Assembly: GCA_964252075.1 (NCBI GenBank)
Contig: CAXULY010000002.1
Location: 175,974 to 239,973 of the forward strand
DNA: 64,000 bases
Reading direction: 5' to 3'
From: an uncultured Deinococcaceae bacterium
Lineage (GTDB): Bacteria > Deinococcota > Deinococci > Deinococcales > Deinococcaceae
A model generated the notes under the pieces. It saw only the letters and a program-made list of their open reading frames with translations. It was not told the DNA's origin and made no database searches. The position numbers were made by a program, and so were the translations under genes. Position 1 is the stretch's first letter; each line of letters starts with the position of its first letter. Of this stretch, positions 52,892 through 63,071 are shown one piece after another.

Positions 52892-53816
52892 GCGCAGCAG
52901 ACCGACGGTGGGGGCGCAACTGGACGAAATTGTCGGTGGCGGCACACTGGACCACTTGGTTAATGCGCCGAAGGTGTCGCAGACCGTTGCGCTGGACCAC
53001 CTCACGCCCATGTCCGGGCAGCCCCGGCGCAGCTTCGATGACGTCACGCTGGCGGAACTGGCGCGCAGCATCCGCGAGCAGGGCCTCCTGCAACCCCTGC
53101 TGGTGCGCCCGGTCGGTCAAGGACAGTACGAGATCGTGGCGGGAGAGCGCCGGTACCGCGCTGCACGTCTCGCGGGGCTCACCGAGATCCCCGTCCTCAT
53201 CCGTGAACTCACGGATGAGGACGCGCGGACGCTGGCCCTCGTAGAGAACCTGCAGCGTGAGGACCTCAACCCCGTGGACCGCGTGGACGCCACCGCTCAG
53301 CTCATCGCGCGGACCCTCGAGATTCCAGTGGAGCGCGTGCCCGCCCAGCTCAGCGCGCTGCGCAAACACCCGGAAGGGGAGGGCCATCCTCAGCTGATCA
53401 GTCAGGTGGAGGACGTTTTTAACGTGGTGGGTGGTTCCTGGCGTTCATTCCTCGTGCACCTGCTGCCCGTTCTGCGCTACCCCGATGATGTGCTGTCCGC
53501 CATGCGGTCCGGTCGCCTGGAGTACACCAAGGGCGCGGTGCTGGCGCGCGTGCAGGACGAGGTCCAGCGCCGGCGCCTGCTGGACCAGGCCCTCGGGGGC
53601 GCGAGCCTGGAGGAACTGCGCGCGTCCGCACGCCCCCGCGCGACGACCGCGGAGCATGATCCGAGCACCCGCAGGGTTCTGAAGGCGCTCAGTGATCGCT
53701 CGCGCCTGCAGCGTCTTCCTGCGGCGCAGCAGCAGCGCGTGAAGGCCTTGATGCAGGAACTGGACGCGCTGCTGTCCAGTACAAGCACGAAGCAAGCCCG
53801 CCGAAGCACCAAATGA
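52884..53816 (+). CDS. parB: ParB-family partition protein
   Basis: [33 protein letters not shown]. Confidence 0.9.
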   Translation: MAKRSRPTVGAQLDEIVGGGTLDHLVNAPKVSQTVALDHLTPMSGQPRRSFDDVTLAELARSIREQGLLQPLLVRPVGQGQYEIVAGERRYRAARLAGLTEIPVLIRELTDEDARTLALVENLQREDLNPVDRVDATAQLIARTLEIPVERVPAQLSALRKHPEGEGHPQLISQVEDVFNVVGGSWRSFLVHLLPVLRYPDDVLSAMRSGRLEYTKGAVLARVQDEVQRRRLLDQALGGASLEELRASARPRATTAEHDPSTRRVLKALSDRSRLQRLPAAQQQRVKALMQELDALLSSTSTKQARRSTK

Positions 53817-54441
53817 TGTCAGGCTCAGAGTCGGTGAACGTGCGATTTCTTCTCTCAACCCTGATGAGCCAAGAAGCACAAATGTAATCAGCGGTGTAAC
53901 GGGAACGCGGAATCTTGAAAGGCGCTCAAGTTTATGGGCGCCTTTAAATGTTGTCTCCGAGTCAAGATTCTGGTGGAACGCTGACGCATGGTGACCTGGC
54001 CAATTGCCGAACACTCCAGCCTGGAATCCGCAACGCGTGGAGGGTAATGAGAAGGCCACACTTCGTTTGGGCCAGCAAGTCCCCAGCACCTTTGGGTCGG
54101 CAGAATGGGAGCATTCAGTTCACCTGAGTTGAGCAGAAACGGTAATCCTTGGGCTCGGAAAATCGGACGCACGGCGCTGCCGTCGGCGGCTTTTTGAGTG
54201 GATCAGGGTGACAGGTGAGTAAATAGAGTGTGCTGGGCGTCGCCTGTGGTGCTCGAATGCGGATGAATAGGGGAGACTTCAATGCCATGTCTCCGCAAGC
54301 GTTCCTTCCAACGCCTTGCACCAGGCCCATGCATCCTTTCGTTTGTCCCAGATTCTGCAAGCGTTCTTTTGAAGCCCGGCGTGGTTTGTGAACGAACGCT
54401 CACGGTGAGCTCCAGGATCGCACGGCATCATGTTTCAGGTC

Positions 54442-55326
54442 ATGCCGAATGCTTCACCTGTCCAGCTGCGCTTCCGTCCCCAGGGCCTCGGAGCGTGGTG
54501 GCGGTTGTGGCTGGGTGGGCGACCCCTGCTCGGTTTCTGGGCCCGCCGTCTTGCGCACCTGCCCGAAACCCTGGGGCCGCTGGAACGCCAGGCGGCGCAG
54601 CAGGCGGTGAGTGTGGCGCTGTTGCGTCACCTGTGCGTGCGCCTGACATCGTCGGGCGCGGAGCACCTTCGCGGCGGTCCGTTCGTGATTGTGGCGCTGC
54701 ATGAGAGTCTGCTTGATGTGCCTGCCCTGCTCACCCTGCCATTGCCCATGCGTGTGGTGGCGCGCGATGAGATCTTCGGGTGGCCGCTCGTTGGGCCCGC
54801 CATCACCCGGCTGGGGCACGTGAGCATCTCGCCTGAGCAGGGGCCCGCCGCGTACCGGCACCTGCTGCGGGCGGGCGCGCGCGTCCTGTCGGGTGGGGAG
54901 AGCCTCGTGTTGTTTCCGCAGGGTTCCATCCTGGGCATCGAGACGGATTTCCAGCGTGGCGCCTTCGCGCTGGCCCGGCAGCTGAACGCGCCGCTGCTGC
55001 CGGTCGTGGTGACGGGTGGGCACCGGGTGTGGGAGCACCCGTACGCACCCACCTTGCGGTACGGGCAGGCCATGGGTTTGCGGGTCCTGCCGGCCCTGAC
55101 GGCCAGCGAGGTCGCCGCCCGGTCCGTGGATGCACTGCGGGTGCTGCTGCAGCGGCGCATGAAGGGCGCCGCGCTCGCCGGTGACCTGCCCGCGCCGCGC
55201 CGGTACGACCCTGCCCGCGATGGGTACTGGGACGGCTACCGGTTCGACATTGACCCCGCCTTCCCTGATCTGGCCGCCCGCATCGCCCGGCACCGCGCCG
55301 CTCAGGCCCTAGGAGAGTCTGCATGA
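54442..55326 (+). CDS. Lysophospholipid acyltransferase (PlsC-like)
   Basis: HESLLD (HxSxxD), FPQG, GAF..A. Confidence 0.75.
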   Translation: MPNASPVQLRFRPQGLGAWWRLWLGGRPLLGFWARRLAHLPETLGPLERQAAQQAVSVALLRHLCVRLTSSGAEHLRGGPFVIVALHESLLDVPALLTLPLPMRVVARDEIFGWPLVGPAITRLGHVSISPEQGPAAYRHLLRAGARVLSGGESLVLFPQGSILGIETDFQRGAFALARQLNAPLLPVVVTGGHRVWEHPYAPTLRYGQAMGLRVLPALTASEVAARSVDALRVLLQRRMKGAALAGDLPAPRRYDPARDGYWDGYRFDIDPAFPDLAARIARHRAAQALGESA

Positions 55327-56519
55327 GAATCCTGCCCGCCCTGCCGTTCCTGCTGCTGTCCGCGACCGCCGCCCCCAACCCCGCCGACTGGCCTTCCGTC
55401 CTGCGCGCCGCGCGTCAGCAGACGGTGAACTTCTACATGTGGGGCGGCAGTGACAACATCAACCGCTACGTGGACACGGTGGTGGCGCCCGCCGCGAAGG
55501 CGCTCGGCGTGACGCTGCGCCGCGTGCCGCTCACGGACACCGCGCTCGCCGTGAACACCATGCTCGCCGAGCGTCAGGCGGGCCGCACCAGCGGTGGCAG
55601 CGTGGACCTCGTGTGGATCAACGGTGAGAACTTCAGGACGGCGCAGCAGGCGCGCCTGCTGCTGGAAGGCTGGGCGCCCAAGCTCCCCAACGCGAAGTTC
55701 GTGGACTGGCAGAGTGGCGCCCTCAACCGCGACTTTGGGTTGCCGGTGAACGGCGCTGAATCCCCGTGGGGGAGCACCCAGTGGCAGTTCGTGTACGACA
55801 GTTCGCGCGTGAAGGCCAGCGAGCTGCCGCGCAGTTTCACGCAACTTGCCGCGTGGGCGAAGGCCCATCCCGGCCGCTTCACGTTCGTGGCGCCACCGGA
55901 TTTCTATGGGAACCGGTTCCTGCGCATGGCGCTGGTGGAGCTGTCGGGCGGCCCGCAGGTGTTCCGGGGGCCGTTCAGCGCCAAGACGTGGGCCCGGTAC
56001 TCGCCGCGCCTGTGGGCGTACCTCACAGGGTTGCGCCCGAACCTGTGGCGGGGCGGCCGGACCTTTCCCACGAGCATCGCACAGCAGTACAGCCTGCTCG
56101 CGAACGGGGAGGTGGATTTCGCGTTCGTGCAGAACAAGGCGGGCATCGCGGCGGAAGTGGCCACTGGGCAGCTCCCGAAGACCGCGCGCGTGTACCTGTT
56201 CAGTGGTGGCACCATCGGCGATTACCATTACGTCGCGGTGCCGGGGAACGCCGCGCACCAGGCGGGCGCGCTGGTCGTCGCGAACCTGCTGCTGGACCCG
56301 CAGCTGCAGTTGAAGAAACTCGACGGAGCGGTGTGGGGGGACGGCCTCGCGATTCAGCCGGAGCGCGTGGGTGCCGCGTTCGCTGCGCGGGTGCAGCGCG
56401 CCCTGAAGGTCGGGCCGTACACCCTGGCGCCCGCCGCGCTGAGTCAGGCGGAGTACGGTGATCTGGTCGCGGAGTACGACGCGCGTGTGCAGGACGGCTT
56501 CAAGCAGTTCCTGAAATGA
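55323..56519 (+). CDS. ABC substrate-binding protein (YnjB-like)
   Basis: VNFYMWGG, VDLVWINGENF, ESPWG, HPGRFTF..PPDF. Confidence 0.8.
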   Translation: MRILPALPFLLLSATAAPNPADWPSVLRAARQQTVNFYMWGGSDNINRYVDTVVAPAAKALGVTLRRVPLTDTALAVNTMLAERQAGRTSGGSVDLVWINGENFRTAQQARLLLEGWAPKLPNAKFVDWQSGALNRDFGLPVNGAESPWGSTQWQFVYDSSRVKASELPRSFTQLAAWAKAHPGRFTFVAPPDFYGNRFLRMALVELSGGPQVFRGPFSAKTWARYSPRLWAYLTGLRPNLWRGGRTFPTSIAQQYSLLANGEVDFAFVQNKAGIAAEVATGQLPKTARVYLFSGGTIGDYHYVAVPGNAAHQAGALVVANLLLDPQLQLKKLDGAVWGDGLAIQPERVGAAFAARVQRALKVGPYTLAPAALSQAEYGDLVAEYDARVQDGFKQFLK

Positions 56520-57364
56520 GCCGCGCGCGAGACCCCCGCTGGCTGTCGGCGCTGCCCGCGCTGACCGTCACCGTGGGGCTCTTCGGTGGGGGCCTGCTGC
56601 TGGCGGTGGCGCAGAGTTTCGGGGCGTTCCCCGCGGTGGGCGCGGCGCACTTCACGGCCGCCGCGTACGGACGGGTGCTGGGCGATCCGACCTTCTGGTC
56701 GTCCCTGTGGCTCAGCCTGGGTCTGGCGGGCGGCGCGACGTTCTGCGCGCTGCTGCTGGGTTCGCTGCTGGCGCTCGCGGTGCGGCGGGCGGCGGTGGGC
56801 GGCGCGGTGCCCGCGCTGCTGGGCCTCAGCTTGCCGGTCCCGCACGCTGTGGCGGCCCTCGTGACGGTGGGGTTCTTCTCCCAGAGTGGCGTGCTGGCGC
56901 GCCTCGCGCATGGCCTGAACCCCAGCCTCATGCCGTCCGCCATGCCCGCACTGGTCGCGGATCCGCTCGGGCTGGGGGTGCTGCTGGAGCTGACCTTCAA
57001 GGAGACGCCCTTCGTGACGCTGGCGGTGCTCGCGGCGCTCGCGCGCCTCGACACTCGATTGGAGGACGCCGCGCGCTCGCTCGGGGCGGGCCGCTGGGCG
57101 CGGCTGCGGTGGGTGCTGTGGCCCGCCGCCCGCCCGGCCCTCGTGGCGACCGGCACGCTGATCTTCGCGTTCGCGCTGAGCAGTTACGAGGTGCCGCTGC
57201 TGCTCGGCCCGACCGCGCCCGCGCCGCTGTCCGTGGAGGCGTACCGGGCCTTCAGCGATGGTGACCTGACGCGTCGCCCCACCGCGCTGGTGCTGAGCCT
57301 GCTGCTGGCCCTGCTGGGCGCGGCGCTGCTGTGGGCGTCGCTGAGGGAACGGCGCCGCCCGTGA
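56516..57364 (+). CDS. ABC permease
   Basis: KETPF, EDAARSLGA, YEVPLLLG. Confidence 0.85.
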   Translation: MSRARDPRWLSALPALTVTVGLFGGGLLLAVAQSFGAFPAVGAAHFTAAAYGRVLGDPTFWSSLWLSLGLAGGATFCALLLGSLLALAVRRAAVGGAVPALLGLSLPVPHAVAALVTVGFFSQSGVLARLAHGLNPSLMPSAMPALVADPLGLGVLLELTFKETPFVTLAVLAALARLDTRLEDAARSLGAGRWARLRWVLWPAARPALVATGTLIFAFALSSYEVPLLLGPTAPAPLSVEAYRAFSDGDLTRRPTALVLSLLLALLGAALLWASLRERRRP

Positions 57365-58146
57365 GGGGCGCCCTGCGGAGCGCGCTGGTGGGGGGCGCAT
57401 TGCTGTTGACGCTGCTGCCGTTCGCGTACCTGCTGCTGCAGTCGTTCGCGCTGCGCTGGTACTTCCCGGCGCTGCTGCCGCAGGAATGGACGGGACGCGG
57501 CTGGGCGTCTGCGCTGGCGCCCGGCACTCGGCTGCTGGAGGCCGCTTGGGGCAGCGTGTCCACGGCGGCGCTGAGCGCCCTCATCGGAACGCTCGTGGCG
57601 CTGCCGGCGGCGCGTCTGCTGGCCCGAGCGCCGCGGGCAGCGCTGCGGGTGCTGCTGCTGGCTCCGCTGGTGGTGCCCGCCTTCGCGGCGCTGCTGGGCG
57701 TGCAGGTGGTGTTCCTGCGGCTGGGCCTTGCGGGCACGCGGGCGGGCGTGGTGCTGGCCCACCTGATCCCCGTGGTGCCGTACGCCGTCACGCTGCTGAC
57801 CGCCACCTTCGAGACGCACGATGAGCGCCTGGAGGCGCAGGCGCGTTCGCTTGGCGCGCGCCGCGCGCAGGTGCTGTGGTTCGTGACGCTGCCGGTGCTG
57901 CGCGCGGGCGTGGGCGTGGCCTTCGGGCTGGCGTTCCTGGTGTCGTGGAGCGAGTACCTGCTGACCCTCACGGTCGGCGGGGGGCGAGTGCTGACGCTGC
58001 CCGTGCTGCTGCTCGCGAGTGCCCAGGGTGGCGACGCCGCGCTCACCGCAGCCCTGGCGTTCGTCTACGTGGCGCCGCCGCTCCTGCTGTTCCTCTTTGG
58101 CGGCGCGCGGTTGTGGTCGGGCGCCGCGGTGGGTGGGCGCCCGTGA
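57361..58146 (+). CDS. ABC permease
   Basis: GTGA overlap; EAQARSLGA, FLVSWSEY. Confidence 0.85.
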   Translation: MRGALRSALVGGALLLTLLPFAYLLLQSFALRWYFPALLPQEWTGRGWASALAPGTRLLEAAWGSVSTAALSALIGTLVALPAARLLARAPRAALRVLLLAPLVVPAFAALLGVQVVFLRLGLAGTRAGVVLAHLIPVVPYAVTLLTATFETHDERLEAQARSLGARRAQVLWFVTLPVLRAGVGVAFGLAFLVSWSEYLLTLTVGGGRVLTLPVLLLASAQGGDAALTAALAFVYVAPPLLLFLFGGARLWSGAAVGGRP

Positions 58147-59147
58147 CCGCCCTGACCGTGCGGGGGTTGAGCCGTCGCTTCGGGCGCACCACGGTCCTCG
58201 ATCACCTGGACATGCAGCTCGCGCCGGGCGAGCGCTTCGTGCTGCTGGGGGCATCCGGCAGCGGCAAGAGCACCGCCCTGCGGCTCATTGCGGGCCATGA
58301 CCGCCCAGACGCGGGCGACGTGCACCTGGATGGTGCAAGCGTGCTGGGGGTGCCGCCGGAACGGCGCGGGGTGGGGATGGTCTTCCAGGCGCCGCTGCTG
58401 TTCCCGCACCTCACGGTGCGCGAGAACGTCGCCTTCGGGCCGCGCATGCAGGGCCTCAGCCGCCCGGACACCCGCGCGCGGGTGGAGGAGATGCTGCGCC
58501 GCACGCAGCTGGAGTCGCAGGCGGCACTGCGTCCGCACCAGCTGTCGGGTGGGCAGGCGCAGCGCGCGGCGCTCGCCCGCGCACTCGCGGCGCGCCCACG
58601 GGTGCTGCTGCTCGACGAGCCCTTCAGCGCCCTGGACGCCCCCCTGCGTCAGGCGCTGCGCGCGTGGCTCGTGACCCTGCTGGACGACAGCGGCACCACC
58701 AGCGTCTTCGTCACGCACGATCAGGAGGAGGCGTTTGCGGTCGGGCAGCGCCTCGGGGTGCTGCACGCTGGGCGCCTCGCGCAGGTGGGCGCGCCCGCCG
58801 AGCTGTACGGTCGGCCGCTCAGCGCGGCGGTCGCGCACCTGCTCGGCCCGGCCACGCTGCTGCCCGGCCTGCAGGAGGGCCGCACCGTGCGAACGGCGCT
58901 CGGCGTCCTGCAGGCCATGGAGGCCCGGCACGGCCCGGTCACGGTGCTGCTGCGCCCCGAGGACCTGCGCCCCGGCGAGCGCTTCACGGCCACGGTGGAG
59001 CGCGTTGTGTTCGCGGGGGATCACCTGCGCGCCACGGTGGAGTGCGCCGGGCAGCGCCTCCTCGCCCAGCTGCCCGCCCATCACCCGGCGCGGAGCGGCG
59101 AGGTGATCGGGCTGGAGGTGCCGCCCGTCTGGACCTTCCCCACGTGA
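58143..59147 (+). CDS. ABC ATPase (PotA/FbpC-like)
   Basis: GASGSGKST, LSGGQAQR, LLDEPFSALD, VTHDQEEA. Confidence 0.9.
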   Translation: MTALTVRGLSRRFGRTTVLDHLDMQLAPGERFVLLGASGSGKSTALRLIAGHDRPDAGDVHLDGASVLGVPPERRGVGMVFQAPLLFPHLTVRENVAFGPRMQGLSRPDTRARVEEMLRRTQLESQAALRPHQLSGGQAQRAALARALAARPRVLLLDEPFSALDAPLRQALRAWLVTLLDDSGTTSVFVTHDQEEAFAVGQRLGVLHAGRLAQVGAPAELYGRPLSAAVAHLLGPATLLPGLQEGRTVRTALGVLQAMEARHGPVTVLLRPEDLRPGERFTATVERVVFAGDHLRATVECAGQRLLAQLPAHHPARSGEVIGLEVPPVWTFPT

Positions 59148-59174
59148 CCGTCAGCGGTGCCGGAGTGAGCGCCG

Positions 59175-60308
59175 TCAGTCCGGCCACTGGTAGCGGCCGA
59201 TCCACTGGCGGTCCGCGAGGTGCTTGAGGGCCAGCAGCGGGCGGCCCCGCGCCCACAGGCGAGGACCGACCGCCAGCAGCGCGTCCTCGCCCCCCGTCGA
59301 GATCAGGTACGGCGAGGCCGGGTACGGTCTGAAGGCGCGCAGTCGCACCTCGGAGGGGTCCTGGCCCGCCTGCCAGCCCTTCAGGAGCCGCGCCACGTTG
59401 TGCCGCAGCGTGAGGCCCTGCGCGACGGCGTTCACGCCACTGCGGTCCAGGTGCAGGCCCTCCACCGCCGCGCAGTCCCCAGCGGCCAGCAGGGCCGGGT
59501 GCCCCTTCACCTGCAGGGTGCGTTCCACGCGCAGGAAGTCCCACTCGTCCACGGGCAGGCCGGAGGCGCGGAACAGCGGGTGCCCGCGCGTTCCCGTGGC
59601 CCACACCGTCAGGTCGGCGGGCAGCCGCTCGCCGGACTCCAGGACCACGGCGCCCGCCTCCACCCGCGCGACGCGCCGCCAGAAGCGGACCTCCACCCCC
59701 CGCCCCCGCAGGCGCGCCAGGGCCCGGGCGCCCAGGGCGGGCGCGAAGCCGCCCAGCAGGCGCTCACCGGGCTCCAGCAGCAGCAGGTGCAGGGGACCGC
59801 CACGCCGGGCGCGGGCGGAGAGGTTCAGCATCAGCTCGGTGCCCGCCGCGCCTCCACCCACCACGGCCAGCGTGCCGCCCCCATCAGCGTCCAGCCAGTG
59901 AATCACCCGCTCCAGGTGCGTGAGCGGCTTGACCTGCACGGCCGCGCGCGCCCGCTCGGCGCCGGGCGGCACGCCGCCCACGTCGAACGCCGCGAGGTCG
60001 TAAGGCACCGCGTCCCCGCCCGCGGTGAGGACGCGCCGGGCCGCCGTGTCCACCCTCACGGCTGGGGACGGCACGAACCGCACCCGGTTGACGAGGCTCC
60101 AGCGCAACAGGTCAATGCGGAGCGCCGCCGCGCTGTACACGCCGCGCACGTGCTCGGGCGTCATGCCCGAGTAGAACAGGTGACGCTGGTCCGTCACCAG
60201 CGTCACGCGCACGCCCGCGGCCGTCCAGCGCCGGGCGGCCTTCAGCACCGCGATATTCGCGTGCCCGCCCCCCACCAGCACTAGCTCGGGCGCGCGACCG
60301 GATGGCAT
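59175..60308 (-). CDS. FAD-dependent pyridine nucleotide-disulfide oxidoreductase (NDH-2-like; resembles the domain fused N-terminally to SelD)
   Basis: LVGGGHA, YSGM.P, VVGGGAAG.E, AAGDC. Confidence 0.8.
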   Translation of the reverse strand: MPSGRAPELVLVGGGHANIAVLKAARRWTAAGVRVTLVTDQRHLFYSGMTPEHVRGVYSAAALRIDLLRWSLVNRVRFVPSPAVRVDTAARRVLTAGGDAVPYDLAAFDVGGVPPGAERARAAVQVKPLTHLERVIHWLDADGGGTLAVVGGGAAGTELMLNLSARARRGGPLHLLLLEPGERLLGGFAPALGARALARLRGRGVEVRFWRRVARVEAGAVVLESGERLPADLTVWATGTRGHPLFRASGLPVDEWDFLRVERTLQVKGHPALLAAGDCAAVEGLHLDRSGVNAVAQGLTLRHNVARLLKGWQAGQDPSEVRLRAFRPYPASPYLISTGGEDALLAVGPRLWARGRPLLALKHLADRQWIGRYQWPD

Positions 60309-60315
60309 GGGCGTG

Positions 60316-60861
60316 CTAACGGGCCTTCAGGAGCTTGCGCGCCCCGCGCAGCGCCTCCGGGAGCGCCAGCACGAGTGACGCGAGCGAGACGAGGGTGGCG
60401 GCCTGACAGTACGCGCACAGGCGGCGGTTCTCCTGCCACTCCTCGCGCGCGAGTTGCAGGGCCGTGCCCGCGTCCCCCAGCACCTTCAGGCCCATCGCGA
60501 CGGACAGCAGCGGGTGCCGCTCGCTGCGCGTCTGCCCGCCCGCGGCGGCGAGCCACATGGTGATGCCGTAGTTGGTGAGCATCATCACCCCATCCGGCGT
60601 GCCCAGGCGCTTGTAGGCGTAGGCGCTGGCGTCCACCTTGTCGGCATCGAAGATCCTGAGGGGCGGGTCGGGCAGGTGCCGGATCAGGCCCGTCTGGTAC
60701 GCCGAGACGACCTGCGCCATCACCGTCCCGAAGATGGAGAGCCCGATGATCCAGCGGCGACGCGCGAGGTCCTCACCCTGACCGTTGCGGAGTTCCTCGC
60801 TGAGCTGAAGCGCGTTCGCGCGGATGGTGGCGTTCTTCTCAAGCTGCGCTGGTGTCTGCAT
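60316..60861 (-). CDS. Vitamin K epoxide reductase (VKOR) family protein
   Basis: YQTGLIRHLPDPP, TM helices, LCAYC CxxC motif. Confidence 0.8.
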   Translation of the reverse strand: MQTPAQLEKNATIRANALQLSEELRNGQGEDLARRRWIIGLSIFGTVMAQVVSAYQTGLIRHLPDPPLRIFDADKVDASAYAYKRLGTPDGVMMLTNYGITMWLAAAGGQTRSERHPLLSVAMGLKVLGDAGTALQLAREEWQENRRLCAYCQAATLVSLASLVLALPEALRGARKLLKAR

Positions 60862-61077
60862 GTCGTGCCCCCTCGCGCCGCCCGAGGGGCGGCCCTGCCC
60901 CCACTGTCTCAGTGGCATTTCCGGGCTGCGTGACGCGCGCGTCAACGGGCGTTGAGACATGCGGCTGGTCCTGTGTCCCGCCGCCCAGTCTCACGGCACT
61001 GGGCGGGTGGCGGGGGAGCGCTCGTGGGCGCCGGGCAGCCCGCCCCGACGCGATGACAAAGTTCGGGCTCGGTTCGA

Positions 61078-61509
61078 TCAGATCTGTGCGCCCTCTGGCG
61101 CTCCGGGCCTGTGCTTTGGGAAGCGCGCGAGCTGTCCCCAGTACGCATCGATGGCCCTGACAAGGGTGACGAACTCATCGAAGACGCTCGGTTTGATCAG
61201 CACGCTGCTGGCGTGCAGGTCGTAGGCGCGCTGCACGTCCTGGTCCGAGGCGGCGCCGGTCAGGACCAGCACGGGGAGGTGCCGGTGCGCGAGGTGCACC
61301 TTGAGCTGCCGCAGCAGCTCAAATCCGGTCATGCCCGGCATGCGCAGGTCCAGCAGGATCAGCTGGTACGGGGCCGCGCGGAGGGCGTCGAATGCCGCCT
61401 CGCCGGAGGACACCCAGGTGAGGTCGAAGTTCGCTTCGGCCATGTTGATCGCGGCCTGCATCAGCTGTGCGTCCATCTCGTCATCGTCGATGAGCAGTGC
61501 GCGCAGCAT
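61078..61509 (-). CDS. Single-domain response regulator
   Basis: LIDDD, LLDLRMPG, LIKP. Confidence 0.9.
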   Translation of the reverse strand: MLRALLIDDDEMDAQLMQAAINMAEANFDLTWVSSGEAAFDALRAAPYQLILLDLRMPGMTGFELLRQLKVHLAHRHLPVLVLTGAASDQDVQRAYDLHASSVLIKPSVFDEFVTLVRAIDAYWGQLARFPKHRPGAPEGAQI

Positions 61510-61586
61510 GACCGTACACTAGCAGCACGGACCGCAGAAATCTCCGCTCCAGGACACGCACTGGCGCGCAGGGGAGGACACGGTGG

Positions 61587-62039
61587 TCAGCGGGGGTGGA
61601 GTGGACCGGGGTCAGGGTTGGGCAGGAACCGCTGCACCCAGTCCGACACCACGTCCAGCAGGTCGGCGAAGCGTCCGGGTTTGGTCCTGAATTCCCGCGC
61701 GCCGAGGGCGAGGCTGCGTTCGCGTTCCTCCTGCCGGCGGGTGGTGCTGAACACCACGAAAGGCACGTCGCGCAGGCCCGCGCGGTCATGCGCGCGCTGC
61801 AGCACCTCGAACCCGTCCACGCGCGGCATGTTGAGGTCCAGCACCACGAGGGCGGGCAGGGCGTGGGTGGCGCGCGCGCGCCGCAGGTAGGTCAGCGCTT
61901 CGTGACCGTCGCGCGCCACATCCACCCGGTCCGCGAGGCCGTGCGCCTCGAAGGCCTGAATGGTGAGCTCGAGGTCAACGGCGTCGTCCTCGACGACCAG
62001 CACGCGGGCGTTCGGCGTGCCGCGGTCCTGCGCAGTCAT
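61587..62039 (-). CDS. Single-domain response regulator
   Basis: VVEDD, VLDLNMP, FST, TKP. Confidence 0.9.
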   Translation of the reverse strand: MTAQDRGTPNARVLVVEDDAVDLELTIQAFEAHGLADRVDVARDGHEALTYLRRARATHALPALVVLDLNMPRVDGFEVLQRAHDRAGLRDVPFVVFSTTRRQEERERSLALGAREFRTKPGRFADLLDVVSDWVQRFLPNPDPGPLHPR

Positions 62040-62123
62040 GTTTCCGGTGTAGCACGGAGGGTGGTGAATGGGTTGTGAGCGCTGCGGTTTGGGCTGGTGG
62101 GGCCGGGCGTGTTGCCGGAGCGC

Positions 62124-62154
62124 TTGACCTTCCTGCGGCTGGAACGCGTAGCGT
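62124..62154 (+). promoter_or_regulatory. MerR-type promoter with 19-bp spacer and dyad
   Basis: TTGACC-N19-TAGCGT; TTCCTGC-G-GCTGGAA dyad; ATG 7 nt downstream. Confidence 0.75.
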
Positions 62155-62161
62155 GCCTGGC

Positions 62162-62968
62162 ATGCGTGGTCGTCTGATCATCTCCCGCTTCGCCGTCCTG
62201 ACCGGCCTGTCCGCCAAGACCCTCCGGTACCACGACGAGATCCAACTGTTGCGCCCTGAGCACGTGGATGAACGCACCGGCTACCGCTTCTACGGCGTCG
62301 CGCAGATTCAGCGGGCCGTGCACATCCGGCGCTGGCGGGAGCTGAACCTGCCCATCCATGAGGTCCGGGCGCTCATTGATGACCCCGACCGCGCCCGGCA
62401 GGTGCTCCTGCAGCACGAGCAACGCCTCTCCGCAGAAATCGAGGACCGCCAGCGGTCCCTCGGGCACCTGCGCCGCATCCTTCAGGAGGATTCCATGAAA
62501 TATCGTATCGAGCAGCTTCCCGCCCGCCAGACCCTCAGCATCCGGACGCGCCTCAGGCCGCTTCACCACGAGGTGATTCCTGAAGCGCTCCGGGAACTCG
62601 TGACGTACCAGAAGACCTGCGGTTACACCAGCGACGCCCCAAGCTTCTTCGTGCATCACAACGACGATGAGGGCGAAGGGAGCCTCGTGGAGGTGTGCGT
62701 GCCTGTTACGGGGCACGCTGTGCCTGAGGGCCGCATGGAGGTGCGGGTGTTCGAGGGCGGCCTGGCTTTCGTCGGGCGGTTCGTCGGAGGGTATGACAGG
62801 ACGGGCGGGGCGTACTCGGTGGTGGCTGAGGAAGCGCTGCGGCGCGGGCTTCACATCACGGGCGTCACGGCTGAGTTCTATGTCAGAAGCGTCCCGGATA
62901 CGCCGAACCCCGAGAAGTACGAGACGGACATCGCGTTTTTCCTGGGTGAAACCGTCTTGACTCGCTGA
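62162..62968 (+). CDS. MerR-family regulator with GyrI-like effector domain
   Basis: [33 protein letters not shown]-terminal EFY...P....TDI. Confidence 0.9.
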   Translation: MRGRLIISRFAVLTGLSAKTLRYHDEIQLLRPEHVDERTGYRFYGVAQIQRAVHIRRWRELNLPIHEVRALIDDPDRARQVLLQHEQRLSAEIEDRQRSLGHLRRILQEDSMKYRIEQLPARQTLSIRTRLRPLHHEVIPEALRELVTYQKTCGYTSDAPSFFVHHNDDEGEGSLVEVCVPVTGHAVPEGRMEVRVFEGGLAFVGRFVGGYDRTGGAYSVVAEEALRRGLHITGVTAEFYVRSVPDTPNPEKYETDIAFFLGETVLTR

Positions 62969-63071
62969 GGGCCCGCTGAGGTGGCTCCGAGGACCACTTA
63001 CAGGGTCGAGTCATCCTGGAAAATGGCCTTTCAGCTCCCTGATTCAGGCCGACTGTGTTCGAACACACAGG

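Noticed and set aside
53817..54441. Possible TPP riboswitch or mobile remnant upstream of the ABC operon
   Set aside because: No TPP core motif or transposase fragment recognised
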